DNA of 64,000 nt, taken from Macrostomum lignano. Lineage: Eukaryota. The notes beneath the pieces are model-generated. The model was not told the origin of the DNA. It saw only the letters and a program-made list of their open reading frames with translations, and did not search any database. The position numbers and the translations under genes are program-made. Shown here one piece after another: positions 1 through 21,600 of the stretch. The stretch covers positions 23,410 through 87,409 of the forward strand of contig NIVC01003079.1 in assembly GCA_002269645.1 (NCBI GenBank), given 5' to 3'. Within the stretch, counting starts at the first letter, position 1; the number at the start of each line of letters is the position of its first letter.

Positions 1-11
1 CTGACCAGCAG

Positions 12-9422
<9,411 letters not shown>

Positions 9423-10047
9423 AATACAACGCTATTATACGGCTGGTTTTAAACATCTAACAGACAAACAAGTTCGCGCCCGCAACAGTGCCACAATAGC
9501 AGTCTAAATGGCTGTTTCCCTGCTACTGTACCTCTGAAATATTAGATTGGACTTTATTTGTCTTGTTCAAGTGAATGCACAATGACAATTATCCCCTAAC
9601 AAAGTTCGTCCACTATATAAGCTGCATATTTGAGAATACTTAGGTATTTGTACACACGCGCGTCAAGCCAGAGAAGACAAACATTGGCCGCATTTACCGC
9701 ATGCCAGTGTACGCTCGCAACTGTAGTGTTATTTCCCGCTTTATACCAACAAGTACAATTGCCACAGTGTTATTGCAAAAGCCATGTTATTCAGCTGCTA
9801 TCCCAACGATGACAATAAACCCACCAGACTGTCGGATTTCATTTCGAGAAGAAAAAACTAACACGAGTTAAAGACTAGATAAGCCAACGAAAATTCCATC
9901 AGACACAATTGGTGGCTAATTGTCTTAAACCGAAGTTCACTCTATACCGAATAACCAAGTTTATTCCACCAAAACGCTAGCACTACAAACACAGAATAGT
10001 TTTGTCTTAGCTTTAGTCTTTCAAAACGGTCACACAGCGTCAGCAGC

Positions 10048-11255
10048 TTAGCCCAGCTGCAGCTGCAGCTCCCGCTGGCTGGCCTTCTCAATCTTGTGAG
10101 CCCGAGCTTGGCTCTTAGCCCCCATGATGCCGCCGCCCCAGTGCTTGCGGAGCTCGTCGCCGCGGCTATTGAAATTGTTGCGGCAGGTCTCGACCACTTT
10201 GGACAGGGCCGACCTGTCCTCTGGGTTGACACCGGCCACGGCCATCACGGCGCAGGTCTTCATGCCGACGACGGCGCCAAGGCGAGCCTTGCCCTGCAGT
10301 GTCCGGGGCAGGGAAACGATTATTAGGCATGATGAATGAATAGTATGGCAAAAACAGAAAACTTGTTGGATCTAATTGCTACAGAATGTACATGTACATG
10401 TAAGCGAAGAGGTCAGAAGCAGAGGTGACAGGAAGCAAAGGTCTGAAGGGCTCAGATGTGTCTAAATTGAATATCCGCTGTCTAAAACGATTATCTGATG
10501 TCTAAATTAAAGTTTGCCTTGTCTAATTTGAAAGTCCGACTGAAAGTATAGAAATAGATTGTCGAAAATGATGTCGAGTTGCCTAAATTGTACTGCAGAT
10601 TAGTTGAAACGGAACGGAAAAAGGTGCAAAACTTCTAGGTTTTTTTTCAAAATGTATGCGACACTGCAAAGTCAGGGTAGTAAGGATTTACCTTGACAAT
10701 CGCATACGGCACGTCCATCTTTCGGCAGAGAGCTGGCAGGTACAGCACAATCTCGATGGGATCAACATCGTGCGCAATGACCACCATCTGAGCCTTCTTG
10801 CGCTTAATCAGCGAGGTAACGTTGTTAATACCAAAGCGGATGGTGTTGGGACGTTTGGTTGGCTCGTCAGCCTGGCCGGCGGCCCGCTGCTCGGCGCGCT
10901 GCCTCAGCCGCTCTTTCTTCTGGAGCTTAGTCTCGGGCTTGTATTTCTCCAAGATGCGGAACACCTGGGCGGCAGCCGGCTTGTCCAGTGCGGTGCTGAA
11001 CTGGTTGATGGCCGGCGGCACCTTCAGGCGCTTCATGAGCACGCTGCGCTGCCGCTGGACTCGGATGTAGCGGGGCCACATGCAGAAGCGGCCGAGATCG
11101 CGCTTCGGCTGAATGTCCTGGCCAATGGCGAAATTCTTAGGCCGGCTTTGAATCAAAGGGTTTGAGACTTTCTTCTCGACGGCCTTCTTAACGATGGCGG
11201 GCGCGGCCGCCACCTTCTTCTTTCCCTTCGCTGCCTTTGCCTTGTTATTCGGCAT
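10048..11255 (-). CDS. RPL7A: 60S ribosomal protein L7a (eL8)
   Basis: Exons 11255-10692 and 10293-10048 join in phase 0 (IVK|GKARLG) to give 269 aa with [36 protein letters not shown] and [14 protein letters not shown] on the minus strand at ~9960-9965. Confidence 0.98.
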
Positions 11256-12441
11256 CTTGCATGCAATTGAAAAAAGAAACAGAATGATATATTATCGACA
11301 AATGAAATAGAATGGCATTTTCATTTATGCACGACATAAAAAGTTGCTCATTGAGAAATTTATTAAGTTTTGAGAATAGTATAGCAAAGAAAAAAATAAA
11401 GTTCAAATAAAAGTTGACCATTAAGCAATGCTGCAGTTTCCTATGTTAATTTACATGAAAGCATATACTTCAAGATTAGAAAGTAGCAATTTCTAATAGA
11501 TTTGGTTGAAAATTTCTTCTAATTGAGACTGTGGAATATAAAAAAAATTCTATGCATTTTTGGAAGTAATTAACATATGCAAGTTGCTATAATAGTATAA
11601 TATATCTTGCTGAATATTAACTTCATAGAATATACAATGAAATTGCTAAAAATAGATAGGGGAACAAATTTTTATTAAAACTTGACAAAAACTTTAAGCT
11701 TGGTTACTTTTGAAATAGTGGAAACAAAAATTTAATTTTTTAATCTCAAGATATGGACCTTCATTTAAGATTATATAGTTGCATGCAGTTATATAAAACT
11801 TATAATAAAGTTACTAATTGTCTCTCTATATGCATTTAATTATTGGGTGAAAATTTTAAGATTATAAGTTCATTTTGTCAAAATTATAACAAATTTAAAT
11901 GACCAACCACTGTTAATAGCCACTTTGTTAACAAAGCAGATTTACAACTACCAACACAACTATCATTACCATCTTTATGGTAATTAACTTTTGCAACTAT
12001 TAGTTTAATAATTAACATTTTAACTTTTTATTGCCAATTATGGTTTAATTTTCTAGTAAACTATAAAAACATTTTTTTATTTGTGCACTTACTTTGTAAA
12101 AAATTAAAATAGGCAAATTACATTACATATAAAAAATTGAAGTAAGTAAATATAATTAATGTCAATGAAGAAAAAAGTAGATTCTATAAAGTCAAGTCAC
12201 TAACTCAGAGATTCTAATCTACACAATATTTGGTTGACAAGATGTCTTAGCTTGTATATTCATCTGGCCTGGCACATCAGAAATAAAAAAACTATATGTA
12301 TAGTTTAAAATATGGATTGGCATATATAGTTTTCTTTTCTATATCAATCCAAATCTTGAAGTTAGTTTACAAAATCTTTTTATACATATCAATGAATATA
12401 TTAACATAATCTATAGTACAATTATTTTCTATTACATATTT

Positions 12442-13512
12442 TAGGGGTTGGCAACTTTTTTCCATTTGAGGGCCATATCAGGTTTTTAGTTCAAGACCAC
12501 AGGCCACTGGTTACCCCTAATTACTTTCCTTTCCCCCTGGGTCTTTCTTTACCCTCCAGAATCTGCCCCCCCTTGGGTCTTTACCCTCTAGAATCCTCCT
12601 TTTGGGTCTTTTACCCTCTAGAATCTGCCTCTTGACCTGGGTGTTTATCCTCCAGAATGTGCTCCCTAGGTCTTTACCCTCCAGTATCTACCCTCCTGAG
12701 TCTTTACCTTCTAGAATCCTCCTCTTGGATCTTTACTTTCCAGTATCTGCCCCCTTAGATCTTTACCCTTTAATATCTGCCCCCTAGGTTTTTACCTTCC
12801 AGAATCCTTCCCTTGGGTCTTTACTCTCCATAATCTGCCCCCCCCCCTTGGGTCTTTATTTTCCAAAATCTACCTCCCTTGGTTCTTTACCATCCAATAT
12901 CTGCCCCCTAGGTCTTTACCTTTCAGTATCTACCTCCCTCTTCTTGGGTTTTTATTCTCCAGAATCTGCCTCCCTAGGTTCTTTACCTTCCAATATCTAC
13001 CCCATGGGTCTTACTCTCTAGAATTTGCCCCCTCCTTGAGTCTTTACTGTCCAAAATCTACCCTTGGGTCTTTACCTTCCAGAATCCACTTCCCCTCTTT
13101 ATCCTCTAATTATTTAATTATTATTTACTAATTATTTACCCTCTAGAATCTGCCCCTGCATCTTTACTATATTACTATATTTATATTTTTTTCTACTATC
13201 CCACTTTCTTTTGCCCTCAGTTCTTATATTTATATTCTATTCAAAAGTTTGAACTGATATGCTATCTATTTAGAGCTTGTAAATAACCACTTATACAATC
13301 AATTCATATCTTATTATTAATTTGTTATTAAAGTTGGCAATTAAGGAAAGAAGTACCCCATTTTAGTGCACAAAACTTTGTAAGGAAAACAATAAAGTTA
13401 CAATTAAGGTGCAAGCTGGATTATAATAATTAAGATTAAGAAAGTTCACAGGCTACATAGAAAGTCTTTGCAGGCCAGATCTGGCCTATGGACTAGAGGT
13501 TGCCAACCTTTG
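12442..13512. mobile_element. Non-autonomous hAT (Charlie/MER58-like ends) carrying an internal ~30-bp minisatellite
   Basis: Ends TAGGGGTTGGCAAC / GTTGCCAACCTTTG, 8-bp TSD ACATATTT/ATATATTT (7/8), internal GGGTCTTTACCCTCCAGAATCTGCCCC repeats at ~12530-13160. Confidence 0.72.
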
Positions 13513-13958
13513 ATATATTTCTACTTGTTTACGAAAGTGGCTATTACCAAATTGGTCATCATTTATTACTAAAATGGCTTTTATTGAAGTGGACTATTAT
13601 TAATAAAATTATTGTGAAAAAAGACATTAAAAGAAATTAATTGCAAACTTGTATATATAAAAAGGCAAAAAATTCATGTATTAGCAAAGCTTGCATCTCA
13701 GAGACAATCCTATTGAGCTTTATTTCACCTTTTAATTTAATGTTTAATTTTTGTAAATAAAATTACAATGAAAAAATCATGGTGCATATTTTAAACTATT
13801 ATTATATACTTTTAATTTAATATATTGCTGTGCTGAGTAACAAATGTATATATTTTTATTATAAAATGCTTTTTAAATAAAAGTAAATATATAGGCCCCT
13901 ATTGTTTTTTGTACTCAAATTAGAAGTCTTCTAGCTAAATGTTAATAGGCCTAATATA

Positions 13959-14706
13959 ACGAGTATAACTTTGGCCGTCAACTTTTCTGTCAACTTTTCC
14001 GTCAAGTATTCTGTCAATTTTTCCGTCAAATATTCCGTCAAGTATTCTGTCAAATTTTCCGTCAACAATTTATTGTTCTGAAAAAACATATGTGACTTTC
14101 TCAAATAGGATCATCATGCGAGTAGCTCTTTGATCATTTATTGTGTTTGCATGCTTATATATATCGATGAAAAAACAAGCCTGCGTTAGTAACAATGTAC
14201 ATCTTTTCCATTTTCCCTAGTACCAGCGCTTTATTTCACAAAGATAAATCAATGAACAAGTGCAGATGTTGTAGTGCAAGTAGTGCAGCAATACCAATTA
14301 AATTCTGGAACATGTCACACTGGAAATTTTTGCGTGTGTTTTTTATTTCTAATTTATACATGTACATTGTGTATATACTCAACAAATTTAAAGCATGTAT
14401 TAAAAATTGCTAAGGAAACTGCACTTATGCAAAAAATTAACACTTTCCATTCAGAGTACACAAAAAATTTGATAGAATATATTTTATGGACTTGCATAAA
14501 TGTTGATGAATTAGTTAATGGAAAAGTGATAAGATATTTGGCAGAAAAGTTAACGGAAAAGTTGACGGAAAAGTTGACGGAATAGTTAATGGAAAAAGTT
14601 ATTTATCCTACTAACATGAAAAGTTGACGGAATAGTTGACGGAATAGTTAACGGAAAAGTTAACGGAAAACTTGACGGAAAAGTTGACGGCCAAAGTTAT
14701 ACTCGT
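13959..14706. mobile_element. Foldback-type TIR element with tandem 12-bp subterminal repeats
   Basis: Perfect outer TIR ACGAGTATAACTTTGGCCGTCAACTTTT, inverted arrays of TTTTCCGTCAA-type units, TSD CTAATATA at 13951-13958 and 14707-14714 (a 9-bp reading is also possible). Confidence 0.85.
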
Positions 14707-15559
14707 CTAATATAATATAAATAGGCCTCCCTACCTAAATTGAATATAAGCACTAATTATTCATTGACAAGTTTAATTGAAATAGTGGTATAAAAAGGAG
14801 CAGGGGGTAAGGTAGTTGCCTCCTTTTTGACCTAAGGTTTAGGCAGAGACAAAAATTTAAAGGTAAGATAATGGGACCAAATGAATTTTTGCCAAAATAC
14901 AAAACCACCCTCTATACCCCCCTTGCATCTTTACCCTCCAAAATCTGCCCCTTGGGTCTTTACCCTCTAGAATTCACCCCCTCAACAACTGCTACAACAG
15001 CTTTAATTCAACTACTGAATTAAAATGAAATAAACATTTTGATAGAACATACAAAAACATTAAGGGGTTTGGAAACTTAAAAACTGCGAAATTAACACTG
15101 AATAAATAAACGCAGCAGTTCTGCAGCTAAAGCGCTATGAATTCCAATTAAAATAAAAGTATAGTTAAAGGATGAGTGAGCTGTAGTCTGCAAAGCGCAT
15201 GGTATATTTATAGTGAACACGTGAAGAGACACTAGCAAAAAACTACAAAGCAATTTAATAAACATACATCTATCATTTATGCAAACAAAAAAATGATATT
15301 CTAAGGTCCTTAAGTCAAGCATGAGCTATAACTATGGCCTAGGTCTACATACAACCGAGTTCTGATCAGATAACATCGATCAGTGAGCAGAATGTCGGAA
15401 TTGTTTATGCAGCGTAAAATGTATTAAAAAAAGTTTAAAATTATTACAGCTTAACAAAGTTATGTACATATTTTTTATCGCACAAAACAAAAATTATTTA
15501 AAAAATCTTTTTGTTTAAAAATCATATTTCTATAATAATATTAACCAGAATAACTAAAA

Positions 15560-16400
15560 TATAATGTTCATGGTAACTTCGCCACCTGCGTTTTAATACA
15601 TACACACTGCACCTGCATTTCTAACTCCAATGCCACTTGAATCTTTTGCGGCATCTCGTTTGCGGGCAGCAAAACTCGACTCGGATGATGTAGCCTGCCA
15701 GCTGAAGTCGCTGACGGCGCAACAGTTCGCTGAGACGGGATCGACAGGCCGGTGCGCCGATATATACATTGCTGCTGAGTGCCGCATTGGTGACACACTG
15801 GTAGCCGATCTTGAGTGTGACGCGCATGCAGCAGGCCAGCGTGTGTCGCATCGACCTGCTGTTCGAAAGACTCTGTCAAGTTCCAGGTCTCGGCGTTGTA
15901 CAATGAAAGATCTCGATCTCTGCGAAACGGCGGGGCGCCCTCTCTGCGGTCAGGCAATTGCAAAGGGCCTCGAACTGGCAGGACAGCCCTCGCAGCACAA
16001 CGGAAGACAGCTCAGGCAAGTACGCGGCGACTTCGCAGATCCTCGTGAACGTCAGGCTCCAGAAAAAGGAGGAAGTGCAGACAGTGTGGAAGCAATTCGT
16101 CACCATCACCGCCTCGGCAGTTGTATGCAGTCTCGATGTCGTCTGGCCCACAGAGCACGACGGTTTTCTTTGTGTTGACCATCAGGCCGACACTCACCGT
16201 ACCACAACGCTCACCAGCCGGTCCAGCTGGGAGCTGGGCGCCTCCGACGGTCGTGAGGACAGCAGATAGGTACGAGATCGTCGGCGTAGCAAGCACGCTG
16301 ATGAGCTGCCTATCTGGTTGGCATCAAACCCATGCATGCGTCGCTGCAGCAGGAAGCAGTCGTTGTTGAAGAAAGAGAGGTCTGCAGCACTCAGTCAAGC
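15560..16400 (-). mobile_element. 5'-truncated, frameshifted non-LTR retrotransposon (RTE/L2-like RT C-terminus)
   Basis: YADD codons at 16277-16288, GLMVNTKKT (RT domain-6-like) and LSELLRRQRLQLAGYIIR in different frames. Confidence 0.8.
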
Positions 16401-16590
16401 ACCAGGGCAAGCGTACTCCCTGAGGGGGGTCGCCATACACACCCTCTGCAATTACCCGAGCTATAATTCTGGCACCCATTTTCAGCTAGTTGAACTGAGG
16501 CAATGCAGATCGAGTTAATTGTGTCTTGTTCAAGAGCGCAAATTGTTCCGACATGAGTCGAGAAGCGTCGTGAGCCTGACGCTCTATCCA
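16400..16590 (-). mobile_element. Diverged SINE family A copy abutting the LINE
   Basis: GGGGGGTCGCCA..CAATTACC..CTGGCACCCATTTT.CAGCT...GTGTCTTG core shared with 9010-9260. Confidence 0.7.
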
Positions 16591-17369
16591 CTTCCCGTTT
16601 GTACATAAAATGTACATGTACATGCATGTCGAAAGTATCAAGCGTAGCGTGTGCTACATGTACACTGTAAATGGCGTCATGCGTACATTAAGTCATGCTC
16701 ATTGCGTCATGCCACATGCAACGGCGAAATCCTTCATAAATCTAATTACTGATTAATATGAAGATAGTTGCCATACATCTAAATGTTAAGGTGGTACATG
16801 ATCATTTAGATATGATAGATAAGATAGATAAGATAAGATAAGATAGATAAGAGGTTAGATAAGATAATACATGATCATTTAGAGGTCGCATTCTGTCGCT
16901 GCATATATCAGCTACATGCTGTAGTATGCATATCTATCTACAGTAAATTACATATACACGTATAAGTTTTAAGGACCGCGATATGTACAGTTACAACGAG
17001 GCATGGAAAGTGTAGAGGTGGAGTAAAACTAGATGCTATAATAAGCACTACAAACAGAATGATGGACGTACAGGTATGTCATGTTTACCCATGGACACCT
17101 GTCTTTTCTGGCTTAGTACCGATCATTAAAGCTTACAAGTATGTGGACTGCATGAATAGCACAAGTAAGTATTCTATATAAACGATGGTTATATTTACAA
17201 ATGATAAGACGAAGGATAACAAATACGTACATATGCTGATCTGAGAGGCAAATATATCCTGTTAGCCATGATCGTTTATAAAACTAGAGTTTATATATTT
17301 ACTACATATGCGTGGGTCAGCGACAATTGACTCACCGATAAATTCACTGTCATTTGACTGCCAATCACC

Positions 17370-18195
17370 AAACCTAAACTTAACCTAAACTCTAACTTAA
17401 ATCAAACCTAAACCTGACCCGAACTTGACCTAAACCCTAACCTAACCCTAACCTAAACACTAACTTAAACCTAACCTAAACCTGACCTGAACATGACCGA
17501 AACCTTAACCTAAACCTTAACCTAAACCCTAACCTAAACTCTAACTTAGACCTAACCTAAACCCGACCTGAATTTGACCTAAACCCTAACCTAAACCCCA
17601 GCCTAAACCCTAACCCAAACCCTAACCTAAACCCTAGCCTAAACCCTAACCTAAACCCTAACCCAAATCCTAACCCAAACCCTAGCCTAAACCCTAACCC
17701 AAACCCTAACCCAAACCCTAACCTAAACCCTAGCCTAAACCCTAACCTAAGCCCTAACTTAAACCCTAGCCTAAAGAAAGGAGATTGCGAGCATTTTCAT
17801 TAGAAAGACATGTTTCGCCTAACTTTAGGCATCATCGGGCAGATTGGAATTTATTTAATTTAAGTCAAAACGTAGAGTATAAATACATTTCAGTGGCAGA
17901 TAGTCAGTGATCTGCCTGTATTCAGTAGTCAGTGAGAGCCACTGAAATGTATTTATACTCTACGTTTTGACTTAAATTAAATAAATTCCAATCTGCCCGA
18001 TGATGCCTAAAGTTAGGCGAAACATGTCGTTCTAATGAAAATGCTCGCAATCTCCTTTCTTTTACTTCTCATTATCAAGCGTGCTGTTCTACCAGTAAAC
18101 CCTAGCCTAAACCCTAACCTAAACCATAGCATAAACCGTAAGTTAAACCTTAACCTAAACCCTAGCCTAAGCCCTAACCTAAACCCAAACCTAAA
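17370..18195. repeat. Telomere-like (AAACCCTAACCT)n array, interrupted at 17773-18096
   Basis: Degenerate CCTAAACCCTAA units; flanks carry short inverted motifs (TTTGACTGC ~17355 / GCAGTCAAA ~18203). Confidence 0.85.
17773..18062. repeat. Near-perfect long inverted repeat (125-bp arms, 40-bp loop)
   Basis: 17773-17897 is the reverse complement of 17938-18062 with one mismatch seen. Confidence 0.95.
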
Positions 18196-18616
18196 CACCG
18201 TCTGCAGTCAAAATTGCGTCAGTCGATAGTTGCGCTTCCTCTACAAGCACCTGAAGCAGAAGAATAGCTAAACTAATGGAATAATATTACAAAACTTGGA
18301 CTACTGACTTCATAACATATGTCACTGGAAGGCTAATTTAATGTTTAAGCTACAATGTACAGCGATGTACATAAGCAATGTACATAAAAACATCCTACAG
18401 CTTGATACCGAAATAAACTTTAAACTTGTAATATCCAATCGGTAAAAGAGTGCAGGTTTGCCTTCAAAAAGCTGTAAAAAATTTGGCATCCCTTGAGGCT
18501 ATTGGCTACAAAAAATTCATAAAAATTGCAAACATTTTTTTTAAAAGAGCCCCAAGTTTTAACAAAAAGATGATATTGCCCTTAGCTAATACAATGGCCT
18601 TCACCCGTGCCGGATT

Positions 18617-21600
18617 TCACACCAGCTGCCAGTCACCATCGCTTTCTGAGTCGCTGCTGTCGCTACTGATGCTGCTACCAGATTCCAAGCTGGCTTCATC
18701 ATCAGAGCCTCCTGGCATCAGAGTTTCCTGGCCCTGCAACGATTTGTGCATGAATGCCGTTTAAGATACACGAATGCAACAACTGACAATAAAAAGCATT
18801 CTCATCATACTTTACTTGCAGTAAAGATAGCAGAATATTGCATGCATTATTTTAAAAAATAATGAACTTTTATAAGATACTTTAACTCTACTGAAAGTAG
18901 AAATATAGGAAAGTACGAAATCATTTAAAAACACTCAGATAATAGAAATAATAATTCTTAGTTAGTCACGACACAACGGGCGATTGGAGCGTTTGTCATA
19001 ACTTTCAGACACGACCTCCAATAGAAACGCCCCAATGGAGACGAAAACCAACGCAAAGAACGTCAAACATGCAAGTGCAAAAGTAGGATTCTCTTTCTCT
19101 CTCACCACAAGCCGGTACAGTCGGCCGCTGCCATCGGCCACCGCAATTCCCTGCACGCCGATGCTGACTGAGAGCACGTGGCGACCGTGACAGCCGATGG
19201 GGCGCCACAGGCCGGCAGTCGAGGCGGTGGCGGCGGCAGCAGAGTCAGTTAAAGAAGCGTCGGCGGCGAACACGCGGCCGCTCGTGCCGCAGCAGGCGAC
19301 GGCGAGGTCGCCAGAGATCGCCAGATCGACGATAGTTCGGGGTGCAGCTGTTGCAGCGGGTTCGGCGCCGCCGCCTACCGGCACTGGGCGCCAGGCGCCA
19401 GCGCTTACGTCAGAGCCGCCGGGCAGCCAGGTGTGCGCCTGGCCCCTGGCGTCGGTGGCCCACAGCCGGTCAGAGGCTGGGCAGCCGGCCAGGCGTCGGA
19501 GTCGGAGGCCGGGCGGGCCGCGCAGGCGTCGCCAACCGGCATCGTCGCCCTCGAGCAGGCGGAAATCCGGCGCGACCGGCTCGGCGATGCTCCAGACCTC
19601 GCCGATGGCGTCGGCCAGGCAGAGTCGACCACGTCGGCAGGCGATGCTGAGCCAGGCGGGCCGGCTGGAGCTGGGCCGCTGCTGGTAGGGGCCCGGGTTC
19701 AGCTGGTAGCTGCGCCAGCCGCTGCTGCCCTCCCCGAGCGGATTGGCGCTGCACAGGCCTGGGGAGCAGCGGGGGTTTCTGCTTTGCACAGGAACCTGCT
19801 AGTTGGGATAACTGTTTCATGACAAGTACTCAAAATTGGGGTCGACAAACTTTTGTTACCTCAAGGGCCGGATGGAGAATCCAGTGCATGACAGTGGGCC
19901 AGTGGAGGGGAGAGAAGAGATGCTCAGTGAAAAAAGAGGAGAGGAGAGACGAGAGAGGAGAGGAGAGGAGAGGAGAGGAGAGGAAATTCCTTGAGAGAAT
20001 AGAGCTGAAAAGGGACACAAACTTTAAACGGGCTAGATTTTTTTGGTGAAGTTTCAAAGGACCCGAAGGCCGGATACAGAGGCTTCGCGGTCCGGAGTTC
20101 GCCGACCCCTGTACTAAAATGACGCAAAGTTTAAAACAGTTCATACAGACGTAAACTGGAATGGGGATTGTAAAATGCACTTGAAAAGAATTTCAATCAC
20201 CTTTCCTGTTCTATTACTCATGGACTGTGAAAAAAGGGGTTTGGCTTGGCTTGAATGCAACTTTCTTGGCAATTTTAGCTTCCACATTCGGAGACCGAGT
20301 CTGATTGCCCAGGTGTGGCCGAAGGCTCTTGTTGTGCGCTTGGCAGGGGTCTAGCGATAGCATAGCAGTGGAGAACGGAAGGGCGAGGACCTCAGGGGGG
20401 GGGAGAGAAGACTGCAGCTGGACTCACCGAGCCTGCCGTACAGCAGGCCGCTGGAGCGCAGCACCCAGACGGAGTCAACGCCGCAGCAGAGGCCAACAAC
20501 AAAGTCGGACGCATCGGCAGCCTCGGGCAGCCGCAGGCGCTGCCAGTCGGCCTCGCCCGGCCCGATGCTGGCCAGCCAGTGCGCCGCGGCGGTGGCGTAG
20601 GCGGGCACCGCCCAGATCCGGCCGGCCGGCCCGGCCGCCAGGAGGCGCCAGGCCGAGAAGGCGGACGAGGCGGTGGCCGGAGCCGCGGGCCGCCAGGTGT
20701 AGGCGCTCAGCGGGCCGGGTGGGCAGCGCAGCAACAGGCGCCGCTGCGGACAGTGCAGCCACAGGCCGGCGGCCCGGGAGGCGGCCAGCAGGCGCGGAGG
20801 CCCGCCGCTGCGGCCATCGGTGGAGTCCGCAGAGAACAGGCGCGGCACCCAGGTTTCCGACCATCCAGCCGGCGATTCTGACGGGCTGTTCGACGTCAGA
20901 TGAAGGCCGCTCCAGCTCAGCAGGCAGGCGCCCCGGCCAAGTGCCCAGAGTCGTCCGCCCGCCACAGCCAGACTGCGAACCCGGACACCCAGCCGAAGTG
21001 GCCGCCAGTGTCCGGGGTTGGCAAGCGGCGCCGCCCAGACGCCGCCATCCTGGCTGGCGGCCAGCAGTCGGCCGAAGCCCTCGCAGACCTCGGCGAGCCG
21101 GAACGGACAGCGGACGAGCTGCGCCGGCAGCTGATTGTCGGCTAGCGACACCAGGATGACGATAAGCTCGCCGGCGTCGCTGTCGGCTTCCTCGGCCGAG
21201 CCAATCAGCTGGGCGACTCCGCAGAGGGCCCGACTGGACGCGCGGATGCTGATCACGCGCACAGCGCCGGCGCTCAGGCCGGGCAGTTGGCGCCAGGCGC
21301 CGCCGCAGCCAGGGCCTGACCAGGTGACAATGCCGCTGCGCAGGCGGAACAGCCAGCGCCGACCAGCTGCCTGAATCTGGCCGGCGTCCAGGTGTGGCTG
21401 GGCGCACCAGCGGGCCAGCGGCGAGTGCTCGTCGTTCGCTTGTCGGAAATTCTGTTGACGGCGGCGGCGTCGACGGGGCAGCCCGGCTGTGAAAGCGCGC
21501 CCCGACCGGGTGCAGCAGTAGAGCGAGCCGCCGTCGGAGCACAGGCTGCCCAGCTGGCCGGTCCATGCCGTGTCGACGGCGTCATCTGTAGCCGGCGGGG

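Noticed and set aside
10294-10691. Intronic box C/D snoRNA in RPL7A (vertebrate RPL7A hosts snoRNAs)
   Set aside because: No TGATGA...CTGA pair on the host (minus) strand was found.
17370-18195. True telomere or chromosome fusion point
   Set aside because: Units are degenerate 12-mers in a single orientation with genes on both sides, which fits an element-internal repeat better.
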